Of a stretch of DNA of 64,000 nt, positions 48,653-58,942 are shown one piece after another. The translations under genes were made by a program, and so were the position numbers. The stretch comes from an uncultured Pseudomonadales bacterium. Lineage in GTDB: Bacteria > Patescibacteriota > Microgenomatia > UBA1400 > PJMF01. The notes beneath the pieces are model-generated. The model did no database searches and was not told where the DNA came from. It saw only the letters and a program-made list of their open reading frames with translations. Each line of letters begins with the position of its first letter. The stretch's first letter is position 1. Location of the stretch: NCBI GenBank assembly GCA_964648715.1, contig CAZYNM010000001.1:80040-144039 (forward strand), read 5' to 3'.

Positions 48653-49535
48653 GCACATAACCTAGTTCAGCCAGAATCTCACTGAGCTCTTCTTTCAAAC
48701 CAGGAGTGGTGTGTGCGACCGTGAGGTTGGCTTTGAGCCATCCACCCAAGTAACCACCATCAAGATACTCACCATGGGGCGTGTGAATAACCACATCTTG
48801 CTCTTGCGCCAAGGTGAGTACTGTATCAGTGATGTACAGCTCACCTGATTGAGGGTTGGGTTGCTGCCTGGCAAGAAGTTCAAAAATATGCGGAGTAAAA
48901 ATGTACTTACTAATATTTGCCAGATTTGATGGTGCTGTCCCCGTGGCTGGCTTTTCTATTAAGTTTTTCAAGAAGGTGTGTGTCTCTCTTTTTTCCACTT
49001 CAGCGATACCGTATTTATGGAGTACGTTATCTGGTTTTTCAATACAAGTTGCAAGTCCAGCTGCGCCTGAGCTGGTAAAAGAAGCAATCATACGAGCTGC
49101 TTCAGAACTTCCATCTGCGTTGTACACGAAATCATCGCCCATAAAGACAATAAAAGCATCTTCATCTTGCACATGTTCTTGTGCAAGCTTAACTGGTGTA
49201 GCAGTTCCGTATTGCTCTGCATCTTTTTGTACTACAAAGGTAAAACGTGCTTTTGTGTGCAGTGCTTCAACACTGGGATAGAGCTGCGATTTATGCATAC
49301 GCTCTAGGTAATCTTTGAGACGATCATTCTCAGAATAGAAATGCTTGAGCTGCGTGTTGTGTTCAGAAACGACAAAAATAATTTCCTCGATTCCAGCCAA
49401 AATGCAGTCATTGACTACGTACTCAATGAGTGGACGATTTAGAACTGGTAGCATCTCTTTTTGTATGGTCTTGGTGATGGGTAAGAAACGAGTACCAAAT
49501 CCAGCAGAAGTGATGATCGCTTTTCTGATTTTCAT
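48636..49535 (-). CDS. galU: UTP--glucose-1-phosphate uridylyltransferase
   Basis: Start taken at the Met at 49535 (MKIRKAIITSAGFGTRFLPITKTIQKEMLP), the canonical GalU motif. The track ORF extends to 49808 with a low-complexity N-terminus. Confidence 0.8.
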   Translation of the reverse strand: MKIRKAIITSAGFGTRFLPITKTIQKEMLPVLNRPLIEYVVNDCILAGIEEIIFVVSEHNTQLKHFYSENDRLKDYLERMHKSQLYPSVEALHTKARFTFVVQKDAEQYGTATPVKLAQEHVQDEDAFIVFMGDDFVYNADGSSEAARMIASFTSSGAAGLATCIEKPDNVLHKYGIAEVEKRETHTFLKNLIEKPATGTAPSNLANISKYIFTPHIFELLARQQPNPQSGELYITDTVLTLAQEQDVVIHTPHGEYLDGGYLGGWLKANLTVAHTTPGLKEELSEILAELGYVPNRQK

Positions 49536-49572
49536 GACCAGTAGTATACGAGATTTATGAGATAATCTCCAT

Positions 49573-50082
49573 ATGAGTGTGAACCGGACTACTAAGAAAT
49601 CAGTGACTTGTTTCCTGCGCTGTGGAGATGAATTTTTGTTTATACATAGGAATAAAAAAGGAAATGATACTGACGCGCATCGCCTTAATGGCGTGGGAGG
49701 AAAACTTGAGTATGGTGAAGATTTCCTTACGGCAGCTGTGCGGGAGGTTAAAGAAGAGACGGGGTACACGGTGAGTCCAGCGGAATGCCGCTTGAGAGCA
49801 GTGGTCAATATGCAGGGTGGATATGCAGATGATTGGGTGATGTGTTTCTTTGTTATTATTGTTACTTCTAAAGAAGTGCCTGCAGGTATGGAGAATGAAG
49901 AAGGTTCTCTTGTGTGGCTACATACAGATACTGTCCTTAAGTGTGACTATGAGTTGGTAGATGATCTCAATTACTGTTGGCATGACCTTGCCAACGGCAC
50001 AGAACTACTTTTTATGGGAGCTGTTGTGGATGAGCATGAGAAGATTGCTCGGTTGAACGTGATGAAGCAGAAGGCTTTCTAG
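49573..50082 (+). CDS. NUDIX hydrolase
   Basis: 169 aa. Nudix box GGKLEYGEDFLTAAVREVKEETG. Confidence 0.7.
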   Translation: MSVNRTTKKSVTCFLRCGDEFLFIHRNKKGNDTDAHRLNGVGGKLEYGEDFLTAAVREVKEETGYTVSPAECRLRAVVNMQGGYADDWVMCFFVIIVTSKEVPAGMENEEGSLVWLHTDTVLKCDYELVDDLNYCWHDLANGTELLFMGAVVDEHEKIARLNVMKQKAF

Positions 50083-52135
50083 GTCGTCGTTTCATTTTTG
50101 TGCTCACATGTAATAATTCAGCTCCTTTATAGAGCAAAATTGCGTTAAAAAACTCTTGAGAATCTGCTAAGGTTGCCGTGGGTAGTGTTGTGTATGCATC
50201 GCTACGTTGATCATAGCTTACTATAAGTCCCTGACCAATGCTCTCAGCAGGAGAAATATGCTTACTAGGACCAGTCGCAACTTCGGTTGCAGTGTAGCCC
50301 GATGCTATGAAATCAACTGCACCCTTGCTGGATGGTATTGAGCTAATACCTACCTGGTGAGTATTGGAGGCAGACACCACTGCATGTGGTCTATCACGGC
50401 CCAACATGCGCTGTTCAATGGTCATCAGACCTTTGGTCGGTTTACCTGAGGCTGTAAACTGCATCGGTTTATCAACGAGTCTAACCTGTAATGGAGTAGT
50501 GGGTGAAACGTACAGTTCAAGCTCAGCCAACTGATTAACCAGCGGTATAGCAAGGAGTTCTGAAAGGTAGGTTCCGGGAGCTATTGGTTGGAGATGCTCC
50601 TCTTCACCGAGTGTACGCTTCCAGGAATCTTGTCGTAAGGTTTCTGAAAGCATCAGTGCTAATCCTTGATTAGATACAGATACAATATGTTGAACAAAGG
50701 TATCCAGATGTTCTTTGCGATTTTGCTCTTTACCCAACCCAGCATCAAGTAGGTTGCGTAAGAGAACAAAGTAAGCGTGAGGATTGCCTGCAATTACATT
50801 GTTGAAAAAGCTATAAAAAGCATCTTCATTTTCTGCTGCACTGCCAATTCGCGCATTGCCGATTGGATAGAGAATAAAGGGTAGTTCTGTCTTGAGATCA
50901 TAGGCCAGTGTTCTGTATGGTTGGACGTACTTTTTATCCGCACCAAGAATACCAGTGAATAATCGTTCTTCTTCTGAACTGAGTTGTCTTGATCGTGACT
51001 GCTTGAGGTACGCTGAAGGGCGTTTCTCACGATCGTTAATAAGTCTCAATAGCTCACGCGTGTTTCCAGCAGCAGCCACAGAGTCGCGAAAATTAAGACT
51101 GTTGTATAAAAGGTCACCGCGCGCATGAGAGATAATGGGTACTAGGTTGGGTTTTGCTGCAGATTTAGTACCAGGGATAAGAAGAATGGATTGGTCAAGA
51201 ACTCCTGCTGAGCCAAACGTACCTTTAACACCGTACAGGTCTTTAACACCACTCGCTTCGGTGCCTTTTACCGTTCCCGCTTGCACCAGTGTGAATCGTG
51301 TATTTTGATCAACAATTTCTTCGCCAGTAGCAACATAGTGGAAGTGACCAGCAACTACAGCGTCAGGAGGGTTACCAGCTCGTAATGCTTGCATGGCATT
51401 CTCACGAACTCCATGTAGTGGATCAACCTTGTTCCTCCCTTTGGGATTATGAAGAATTTGAAGTGCAACAGCTTCCCTATCAGGCGTTTTAATTTCTAAA
51501 ATGCCACCGTTTTCAATAATTGGCACATATTGTTGAATAGCGGCAGCCTCACGATATATGTCGCCAGTTTTTTTCTGTTTCTGCTGCATAAAACCCAGTA
51601 CATCTTGCATATCGACAGCTGTGAGAATCTCCTGCATGTTCAGTGTTGTGTCATCTGCGTGCCACTCAACGTGTGCCCAGTATGTACCTACCATTGTAAG
51701 TATCTTGTGTTTCATGAGGAGAGGAGCCAATACGAGCAACTTAAAAAAATCTATTTGTGCACGTAAGTTAAGAGAGGTCTCTCCTAGGCTCGTATTAAAG
51801 TGTTTAGCACTGTAACCTTCTATCTCATCTCCAGTGAGGATGACATACATGTCTGGGTTAGCAAGAATCTCTCTAAGAAGCTCTTTTATATGCAAGAGGT
51901 CTACAGCACGGTGCCCCAGATGTAAATCGGAGAGGGGAATAATTCTGAGCGGACGTTCCGGGGCTGATCGTGCAATTTCAACGCGGACGAGGCTTTTGTT
52001 TTGTGTTCCTCTAGCATACTCATGCTGTAAGGTATGTATTTGCTCTAATATTTGTAATCTACGAACAGGGTCTATATCGGCAGGAACAACGTTGGTTACA
52101 GCAAGTGATCTGGCTTCTGCGTTTGTGCGTGCCAT
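50012..52135 (-). CDS. Calcineurin-like metallophosphoesterase with large C-terminal domain of unknown function
   Basis: N-terminal motifs LSDLHLGH, LTGDEIEG, VAGHFHY. ~500 aa C-terminal region without recognisable motifs. The track start at 52318 overlaps the divergent rsm gene; the Met at 52135 is more plausible. Confidence 0.6.
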   Translation of the reverse strand: MARTNAEARSLAVTNVVPADIDPVRRLQILEQIHTLQHEYARGTQNKSLVRVEIARSAPERPLRIIPLSDLHLGHRAVDLLHIKELLREILANPDMYVILTGDEIEGYSAKHFNTSLGETSLNLRAQIDFFKLLVLAPLLMKHKILTMVGTYWAHVEWHADDTTLNMQEILTAVDMQDVLGFMQQKQKKTGDIYREAAAIQQYVPIIENGGILEIKTPDREAVALQILHNPKGRNKVDPLHGVRENAMQALRAGNPPDAVVAGHFHYVATGEEIVDQNTRFTLVQAGTVKGTEASGVKDLYGVKGTFGSAGVLDQSILLIPGTKSAAKPNLVPIISHARGDLLYNSLNFRDSVAAAGNTRELLRLINDREKRPSAYLKQSRSRQLSSEEERLFTGILGADKKYVQPYRTLAYDLKTELPFILYPIGNARIGSAAENEDAFYSFFNNVIAGNPHAYFVLLRNLLDAGLGKEQNRKEHLDTFVQHIVSVSNQGLALMLSETLRQDSWKRTLGEEEHLQPIAPGTYLSELLAIPLVNQLAELELYVSPTTPLQVRLVDKPMQFTASGKPTKGLMTIEQRMLGRDRPHAVVSASNTHQVGISSIPSSKGAVDFIASGYTATEVATGPSKHISPAESIGQGLIVSYDQRSDAYTTLPTATLADSQEFFNAILLYKGAELLHVSTKMKRRPRKPSASSRSTEQSSHAHPQQLP

Positions 52136-52233
52136 GCGGGGTTTCTCTAGGGCAAGTATGAGTGATACCTCTACTAACCTACTCCTCGGGTTGGGTTTCG
52201 TCAATGCATAGGTAGTGTGCGATAATACCTCAT

Positions 52234-53187
52234 ATGCAGCAAGGTGGCTTTCCAGTTGAGTTTGTGGCACGAATACATGAGCTTTTCCCTGTGCGTGCGT
52301 CAGAGATACTGAGAGCATTAGAGACTGGCCGACCTACCACATTTCGTGTTAACACACTCAAGATTCGTAGAGAAGAAGCACTGCATACGCTACATCAAGC
52401 AGGTTTTGAGTGTGAGTCTGGTGAACTAGACAATGCATTCATTTTAAAAAACAAAACCATCCGTGAACTAGAAGAACAGTCACTCTACCAACAAGGTGCG
52501 TTATATGTACAAGGTCTTTCAAGTATGATCCCCCCACTGTTGCTTGATCCTAAACCTGGAGAGTCTGTGCTTGATTGTGCAGCAGCTCCAGGGAGCAAAA
52601 CGACTCAAATGGCTGCGCTCATGAAAAATGAAGGTATGATTCTTGCCAACGACACGAGTAGAGTGCGTCTCTACAAGTTGAAAGCAAACTTGGAAAAATT
52701 GGGGGTGAGCAACGTTCAGATACGGCACGGCCTCGCACAGCACATATGGAGAGACTTCCCCGAGGTGTTTGATAAAGTACTTGTTGATGTCCCCTGTAGT
52801 ATGGAGGGAAGAATACGCGCTGATAGACCACAAACCTATGAAGAGTGGTCTGTAAGAAAGATCAAGGATCTAGCAGAAAGACAAAAATTCATGTTGTTGT
52901 CGGCTTGCTCAGCGGCACGTGTAGGAGCTCGAATCGTGTACTCAACATGTACTATGGCGCCAGAAGAAAACGAAGGTGTAGTAGCATGGCTACTCAAAAA
53001 AACGAAGGGAGCTGTGTCACTTGAGTCTCCGAGCCCGATATGTACAGAATGGTCCTCTGGCATAGTGGAATGGCAAGGTACGCAGTATCCCCCAGAGCTG
53101 GCTCAGACAGTGCGCATCATGCCAGACTCAAGGTATGAAGGTTTCTACGTTGCTGTGCTTCGTAAAGACAGAACACTAATGAAATAG
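52234..53187 (+). CDS. RsmB/RsmF-like 16S rRNA m5C methyltransferase (NOL1/NOP2/Sun family)
   Basis: 317 aa. DCAAAPGSKTT (motif I), DVPCSMEG (motif IV Cys), YSTCT (motif VI Cys). Confidence 0.75.
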   Translation: MQQGGFPVEFVARIHELFPVRASEILRALETGRPTTFRVNTLKIRREEALHTLHQAGFECESGELDNAFILKNKTIRELEEQSLYQQGALYVQGLSSMIPPLLLDPKPGESVLDCAAAPGSKTTQMAALMKNEGMILANDTSRVRLYKLKANLEKLGVSNVQIRHGLAQHIWRDFPEVFDKVLVDVPCSMEGRIRADRPQTYEEWSVRKIKDLAERQKFMLLSACSAARVGARIVYSTCTMAPEENEGVVAWLLKKTKGAVSLESPSPICTEWSSGIVEWQGTQYPPELAQTVRIMPDSRYEGFYVAVLRKDRTLMK

Positions 53188-53207
53188 CACGTTTGTGTCT
53201 ACCGTTT

Positions 53208-54248
53208 TTATGTTTCTTTGGCAAACCGTAAACTAATAAATATACAAATGCACCAGGCTACAAACGCCTGTGCTAGGACGCTGTACGGCACATCAGCTCG
53301 AACAAAACCAAAGAGTATTCGCAAAAGTATGGTGTGAGACAAAAACAACAGATAGGAATGTCTCCCAAGCCAGCCAGTGAGTGACTGTATAACCGAGGGA
53401 AGATGGTGCCAATATCTGCTTTGTGTGAATAAGATAAGTGTCACACAAATAGGGAGTGTCCAAGTTATCACTGAAACGCGAGTAAATTTGAGCGCAAACA
53501 ATGGGTCAACGCCACTTGCCACCGCATGAGTCGCTGTAATACTTGTGTACGTAAGACCAGCCAGCGCCACCATTGGAAATGCATATTTAAGAGCAGCTGG
53601 TACACCTCGTGCGGCAAGCCACATGCCTACTACAAAATACATACTCCAAGAGATACAGATAACATATTGTCCATGATCTGTAGTGAAGAGAGGGAAGAAG
53701 TGCAGATACGAAGGCGTCCCATACAAGGTAAGAGCAAATAACTGAAGTAGGGTGCTGACCGTAAGCACTAGAAGTGGAGATTTTTTAAAAAATATACGAA
53801 GAATAGGGAATAGCAAGTACATCTGGAAAATCAACGGCATAAAATATAGCTGATAATCGGCAGTCCCATACACAAGGAAAGAAAGGACACTAGGAATGGG
53901 ATGGGTAAAGCTTTGCCACTCGGGAATAGTGAGACTTATGCTGAGCGAAAACAAGCTCCAAATAAGGAACAGAGGAACAAGCTTGAGAATGCGCCGCTCA
54001 TAGAACTTTGACACGATTAGTTGTTCGTTCTCATACTTTTTGGTTAAACTGAACCCCGATAGCATAATGAAAAGTGGTACAGAAAAACGCATGACTTGAT
54101 CAAAAAAAATAAAAAAAGAACCTGTTTCTAGTCGTGTATAGGCATGATTAAGTTGCGCAAAAAAGTGAATGCCAATAACTGCAAGGATGGCGCAGCCGCG
54201 CAAAAAAACTTGTGACTCATGGGCTAGCTGCACTTCACGTATCTGCAT
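53208..54248 (-). CDS. Acyltransferase family 3 membrane protein
   Basis: 346 aa with ~10 TM helices. N-terminal RGCAILAVIGIHF signature. Confidence 0.65.
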   Translation of the reverse strand: MQIREVQLAHESQVFLRGCAILAVIGIHFFAQLNHAYTRLETGSFFIFFDQVMRFSVPLFIMLSGFSLTKKYENEQLIVSKFYERRILKLVPLFLIWSLFSLSISLTIPEWQSFTHPIPSVLSFLVYGTADYQLYFMPLIFQMYLLFPILRIFFKKSPLLVLTVSTLLQLFALTLYGTPSYLHFFPLFTTDHGQYVICISWSMYFVVGMWLAARGVPAALKYAFPMVALAGLTYTSITATHAVASGVDPLFALKFTRVSVITWTLPICVTLILFTQSRYWHHLPSVIQSLTGWLGRHSYLLFLSHTILLRILFGFVRADVPYSVLAQAFVAWCICIFISLRFAKET

Positions 54249-54260
54249 GTCGCGTAAGTT

Positions 54261-55040
54261 CTAATTAAATCTTCCTAAACCCAAAGAGCGACTAGCGTCA
54301 AAGCTCTTTTTGAACCACACAAGAGAAAGCACAAGGTAAAGTGCATTGAGTACAAAGCTAATACCAATACTCGTCCATGAAAAGCTACCAATTGTAAGCT
54401 GTGATCTCAGGGCTTCAAAAATGTACGTAGTTGGAAGTGCCAAGGATACGGGCTGCAAAGAAGTGGGAAGTAGTGAGAGGGGGAAGAAGACCGCGCTAAA
54501 GGGTAAGAGGATTCCTGGAAGTGTCCACACCACAGTTTGTACTTTAGGTCCAAATCGAACAACCACACCTGCTGATATAAAACCAACCCACCATCCCGTC
54601 ACTACAAGTGAAACGAAAAAAGGAATGAGACTCCACCCCACACTAAAGACATTGACCGTGTATAAACCATAAATAATCGGCACAATCACAATGACTGTTA
54701 TAAGCATTTTAAGAACAGATAAAATGAGCGCTCCAGCTATCCATTCGGTGAGTGAAATAGGTGTAGAAAACAAATTAACCAGGTTGTTGTTCCATATTTC
54801 CTCAATTAAGTTTCTAGATACTTCACTTTGAGAGCGCCAGATGACATTCCAAAAAATAAGTCCAATCAATATTGCTGCCATGACGGTCGTGGTATTGCCA
54901 GAGCTACTGAGCCATTGGCTTGTAATCCCCCATAAAAGTACGTCAATGATAGGCCAGTAAATCATGTCGCTCAAGAGGTCAAAGTCACGGCGAAGTGGAT
55001 ACAAATGTCGAAGGCAGAGGGCGTATATACGTTGTTTCAT
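54261..55040 (-). CDS. ABC-2 type transporter permease
   Basis: 259 aa with 6 TM helices. Immediately downstream of the ABC ATPase gene. Confidence 0.7.
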   Translation of the reverse strand: MKQRIYALCLRHLYPLRRDFDLLSDMIYWPIIDVLLWGITSQWLSSSGNTTTVMAAILIGLIFWNVIWRSQSEVSRNLIEEIWNNNLVNLFSTPISLTEWIAGALILSVLKMLITVIVIVPIIYGLYTVNVFSVGWSLIPFFVSLVVTGWWVGFISAGVVVRFGPKVQTVVWTLPGILLPFSAVFFPLSLLPTSLQPVSLALPTTYIFEALRSQLTIGSFSWTSIGISFVLNALYLVLSLVWFKKSFDASRSLGLGRFN

Positions 55041-55043
55041 AGT

Positions 55044-55979
55044 TTATTTTTTCGCATGTTTTAAGAAGTAATCTTCAAGAGTTGGTTTGGCAATAGATAT
55101 TTGTGTATATTCAATATTTTCGGTAGAGAGTTGTTGTAAGAACGTTGCAATTTGATGCTCATCAAGCTCAATTTCTATCTCACGTCCTTCAATGTGTGCG
55201 TTTAAATTCTTTTCTTTGGCAAAGCGTTCTGTTCGTTTAAGACCATCTTTTACCTGTAGTCTCATGTGTGCGACAGATACCGATGCGGCAAGGTTCTCTG
55301 GAGTATCAGTTGCTATGATGGTCCCTTTTTTCAAAAAAATAACACGATCACATACTTCAGTGACTTCATCCATATTATGTGAAGTATAAATGATACTCGT
55401 ATTGTAGGTTTGTTGTTGAGCCAATACAAACTGGCGCACTTCGTGTGCAATGTCTGGATCCAAAGATGCCGTAGGTTCATCAAGAAGGACAATGCGCGGA
55501 TAGGGAATAAATGCTTTTGCCAACATAACACGAGTTATTTGGCCCGCAGAAAGCTGAGCCATTGTCTTGTCACGTTGATTCCATACACCGAAAAATGTGA
55601 GGAATTTTTTGGCTCGTTCATAAAACTCTGTGTATGGTAGCCCATAGAGATAACCATACACAGTTAGATTTTCAAGAACAGTTAGACGCCAGGGCATCTT
55701 GATATAGGTGCTCGCAAATGTGACCTGTTGTAGTATCTCAGTACGGTGAGTGGCAAAATTATGTTCTCCATACCAGATATCACCAGAGCTAGGGGTTAAC
55801 ACTCCTAGGAGCATTGATATTGTGGTGGATTTACCCGCACCATTTGGCCCTAATAGACCGAGAATCTCACCATCGTGCAACTCAAACGATACATCGCTGA
55901 CTGCATGAAATGGCCTCCCCCCTTTCTTTTCTGGAGGATAGGTCTTACATAAATGGTTGACGGTAAGTACATTTGACAC
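55044..55979 (-). CDS. ABC transporter ATP-binding protein
   Basis: 311 aa. GPNGAGKST Walker A, LSAGQ signature, LLDEPT Walker B. Confidence 0.85.
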   Translation of the reverse strand: MSNVLTVNHLCKTYPPEKKGGRPFHAVSDVSFELHDGEILGLLGPNGAGKSTTISMLLGVLTPSSGDIWYGEHNFATHRTEILQQVTFASTYIKMPWRLTVLENLTVYGYLYGLPYTEFYERAKKFLTFFGVWNQRDKTMAQLSAGQITRVMLAKAFIPYPRIVLLDEPTASLDPDIAHEVRQFVLAQQQTYNTSIIYTSHNMDEVTEVCDRVIFLKKGTIIATDTPENLAASVSVAHMRLQVKDGLKRTERFAKEKNLNAHIEGREIEIELDEHQIATFLQQLSTENIEYTQISIAKPTLEDYFLKHAKK

Positions 55980-56249
55980 CCAGGTAGTATACCAGAGTGA
56001 AGAGCCAATTTTTACTTTTCTTTTTGGCGTGGGACGAACAAATATGTATCCAAAAGTGTGGAGATATCTTGAGAGTATTTGAGTGCTTGCCTTCTTTGAG
56101 TGAGTCCTTCATCAAAGTTGCGTGCTGCATATGCATCTGCAACTGAGTGCATTCTCTGACATCTCTTATCTGCCTACCTCTTTTGTCAGTTTCGTGTCCG
56201 CATTATCGCCGCTAGTTGTGACGTATCTGAAAGTAGGTATACTAACTGC

Positions 56250-56828
56250 ATGAAACTCTACGTAGCTCTCCTAAGAGGTATAAATGTTGGCGGTGCTAAT
56301 ACAGTCAACATGAAAGAGTTAAAAACATGTTTTGAAGCTCAAGGCTATGGTCATGTAGAAACATATATCAATACTGGGAACATTATTTTTTCCACAGATG
56401 TGCATTCTCTAGAACTACTCACCAAGGATATTGAAAAAGCCTTGCACGCTACTTTTGGTTTTCCCATCAAGACGCTTGTAAAGCCTGTAGAAGTGTTTGA
56501 GGCTATCCTGCGTGCAGTCCCCGCAACTTGGACAAATGATACTGAACAAAAAACTGATGTTCTTTTTTTATGGAAGGACTATGCAGAAGAAAGCTCACTT
56601 AAACTATTAAAGCTTAAACCGGCAGTTGATGAAGTACTCTATATTGAGGAGACTCTTGTGTGGCACATCTGCCGTAAGGATTATGCAAAATCTGGTATGC
56701 ATTCATTCATTGGGACAGAACTATATAAGAACATGACTGCACGTAATATAAATACTGTCAGGGCACTAGCTGTCAGAATAAAACAATGCACCACGCAAGC
56801 GGGCAGCAGTGTGCTGCCCGCTGACTGA
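56250..56828 (+). CDS. DUF1697-family protein
   Basis: 192 aa. MKLYVALLRGINVGGANTVNMKELK is the characteristic DUF1697 N-terminus. Confidence 0.7.
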   Translation: MKLYVALLRGINVGGANTVNMKELKTCFEAQGYGHVETYINTGNIIFSTDVHSLELLTKDIEKALHATFGFPIKTLVKPVEVFEAILRAVPATWTNDTEQKTDVLFLWKDYAEESSLKLLKLKPAVDEVLYIEETLVWHICRKDYAKSGMHSFIGTELYKNMTARNINTVRALAVRIKQCTTQAGSSVLPAD

Positions 56829-56843
56829 AGTTCAAACAGACTA

Positions 56844-56996
56844 TTAAGCTTGTTTATCCCTTTGAACCGTCTCAAAAGTACCCTGATTTCGAGGATCTCC
56901 TCCACTCGCGTTGCCGGTGCTAGGACGTCCCTCTTCGGAGCCCGAGCCAGTTCCTTTATCTGTGGTGCCGCCACCTTGGTTTTGTGAGTTTGTCAT
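56844..56996 (-). CDS. Small Gly/Ser/Thr-rich hydrophilic protein (50 aa)
   Basis: MTNSQNQGGGTTDKGTGSGSEEGRPSTGNASGGDPRNQGTFETVQRDKQA. Perfect SD AAAGGAGG 7 nt upstream of the ATG. Below the 60-aa track cutoff. Confidence 0.4.
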   Translation of the reverse strand: MTNSQNQGGGTTDKGTGSGSEEGRPSTGNASGGDPRNQGTFETVQRDKQA

Positions 56997-57095
56997 AAAA
57001 AACCTCCTTTAAGATTTTTGTTATTACTAGTAGTGAGTTTATTTGTTCTGTACTAAGATTCCGGTATGATGTGGTAAGAGCTCAGTAAGAGATTG

Positions 57096-57518
57096 CTACT
57101 GAATAGGTACCTCAGTTGGAGCTGTACCTATTTCTTGAATGAGTGTCTTTTTGTTACCAGCTGCTTCTTCTAGGCTCACGTGTGCTTGTTTCATTTCAAT
57201 GAGACCAGTTACGATTTGCTTAATCTTGATTGCATCTTGTTTGCTGAGACGATGAACAGCTGGCGGATTTTTAGTAAAGCCCTTTATTTCAAAGTGTACT
57301 GAGCCAAAAAAAATGTTTGTGCTAACTACCACATTGATGATATCTTGTATAAGTATCGAGACGCTTTGATTAGCAAAGAAAAAAATTCCATAGATAATTT
57401 CTACACGTGTTTCAGATATCTCAATCTTTGAAGGGAACAGTGTGAAAGGAAACAGTGTATAACAGCTAAACAAGAGGGTATTACTCTCATTCAATAACGC
57501 TTGAATACTCTTTGCCAT
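57096..57518 (-). CDS. Hypothetical protein
   Basis: 140 aa open frame. No motifs. Confidence 0.4.
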   Translation of the reverse strand: MAKSIQALLNESNTLLFSCYTLFPFTLFPSKIEISETRVEIIYGIFFFANQSVSILIQDIINVVVSTNIFFGSVHFEIKGFTKNPPAVHRLSKQDAIKIKQIVTGLIEMKQAHVSLEEAAGNKKTLIQEIGTAPTEVPIQ

Positions 57519-57607
57519 ATTCTCCTTGTACTGTTGCTTTTACTTCCTACTCTACACTGACAACATGTAATAAAGGAGAAAAATGGGTAAGAAAGTGGTA
57601 ATAGAAA

Positions 57608-58879
57608 CTAGGTGAGTAAATCAAGTGCAGCTGCCGCAGACCATGCCTGGTATCTACACCCTTTTTTCCCTCTTGGTGAAACATACTCTTCAAAGGTGCC
57701 CTCGGACGTTTTGGAGAATAGCTCTATCGGAAAACCAAAATGGAGGAGTGACGTCAGTGTTGCTTGACTCAATAGTTCGGCCTCTTGGGTAAAGTCCCAA
57801 GTGCGAAGACCTTCATGTATCAACCCATTAAGCATGGGCCAAAAACTACCGTTGTGATATGAGTCTCGAGTGGCCCTGAATGTTGGTGCCTGCATACTCA
57901 TTGTTCTCATGCCAGCAGCCTGGTCAAATATATCTGGACCAAAAGCTCTCTTTACAATAGATGGTATCTTTTCTGTTGCTATGATGGACTGCACTTTCCC
58001 TTCAGTGTATGTGCTTGACCATAAACACAATAGTGGGTTTGGAGTAATTGTTCGTATTTGTTCTTTGGTGCCGTCTAAGGCTTGCGCCAAGTACCATTCA
58101 CCACCATCACTAAAACTAAATTTTTCATTAAATGCCACTTTCATGCGTGAAGCGAACTCAGCTAGCTGTCTTGCAAAGTGGGGAGAGTATTTTCTGTAGA
58201 CTATACTCCATTTTTGGAGAGCTGCCCATGCCATACCTTGCACTTCAACCGGAGCGATAGGATACAGTGGGAAAGTTCCATCTGGCCGCTCTAAGCTGTC
58301 TCGAGAATCAGTCCATGATTGGACACAGAGACCCCCATGTGTGCGTTCAGGGGGAAGTGTATATTCAAGGAGATAGTCACCATCTCCATCACCCAGACTC
58401 ATTGTCCATATGAGTGCAGATTCCACTGCGTCAAATGCGTGCATCAGAAAGGTGAGGTCACCTGTTGTTTCCCAATATTTATGGACAGCAAGCAGAAAAA
58501 GAGGAGTCGCGTCTATTGAATCAAAGTTCCTCAGCGTAGAGTCTGAGTACACATACCACGGCTTATCTCTATGAATTAAATGCTCAAAAGAACTCGTTCT
58601 ATATTCATGAATACATTTCCCCGGCTGTTCACCGCTTTCAAGGTTATGTTGTTTACCTTGTAATGATATTAGCATTTCTAATGCTTTGCGGATTCGTTCT
58701 TCTAAAACAAGGTCCGGTTTTTTTTCAATCACATTGAGTAATTTAAGAACAGTTATAGAGGTATCTCTACCAAAGACACAACCATAAGCTTCGTTTCGTG
58801 CGGATGCAGTGATACCTTCATTTGTGGCAAGCTCCAGCATGGTCTTGTAGCAGACGCTGTACAATTCTTGTGTGTTCAT
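57608..58879 (-). CDS. Six-hairpin glycosidase-like protein (GDE_C / amylo-alpha-1,6-glucosidase-like)
   Basis: 423 aa. N-terminal AYGCVFGRDTSI resembles the GDE_C FGRD motif. Adjacent to a GT4 gene. Confidence 0.55.
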   Translation of the reverse strand: MNTQELYSVCYKTMLELATNEGITASARNEAYGCVFGRDTSITVLKLLNVIEKKPDLVLEERIRKALEMLISLQGKQHNLESGEQPGKCIHEYRTSSFEHLIHRDKPWYVYSDSTLRNFDSIDATPLFLLAVHKYWETTGDLTFLMHAFDAVESALIWTMSLGDGDGDYLLEYTLPPERTHGGLCVQSWTDSRDSLERPDGTFPLYPIAPVEVQGMAWAALQKWSIVYRKYSPHFARQLAEFASRMKVAFNEKFSFSDGGEWYLAQALDGTKEQIRTITPNPLLCLWSSTYTEGKVQSIIATEKIPSIVKRAFGPDIFDQAAGMRTMSMQAPTFRATRDSYHNGSFWPMLNGLIHEGLRTWDFTQEAELLSQATLTSLLHFGFPIELFSKTSEGTFEEYVSPRGKKGCRYQAWSAAAALDLLT

Positions 58880-58942
58880 CGTGGAGCTTATAAGCTTAGC
58901 TTACTTTACATTCAAATGCAATACCACTTTCTGCGATACACA

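Noticed and set aside
49536-49808. N-terminal extension of galU (and similar extensions for dinB to 42253 and the GNAT gene to 35736)
   Set aside because: The extensions are low-complexity (Ser/Pro/Arg-rich) or lack homology. Conserved protein N-termini (MKIRKAIITSAGFGTRF, MRCTVHK...VDINSYFAS, MKKNYEIA) begin at internal Mets.
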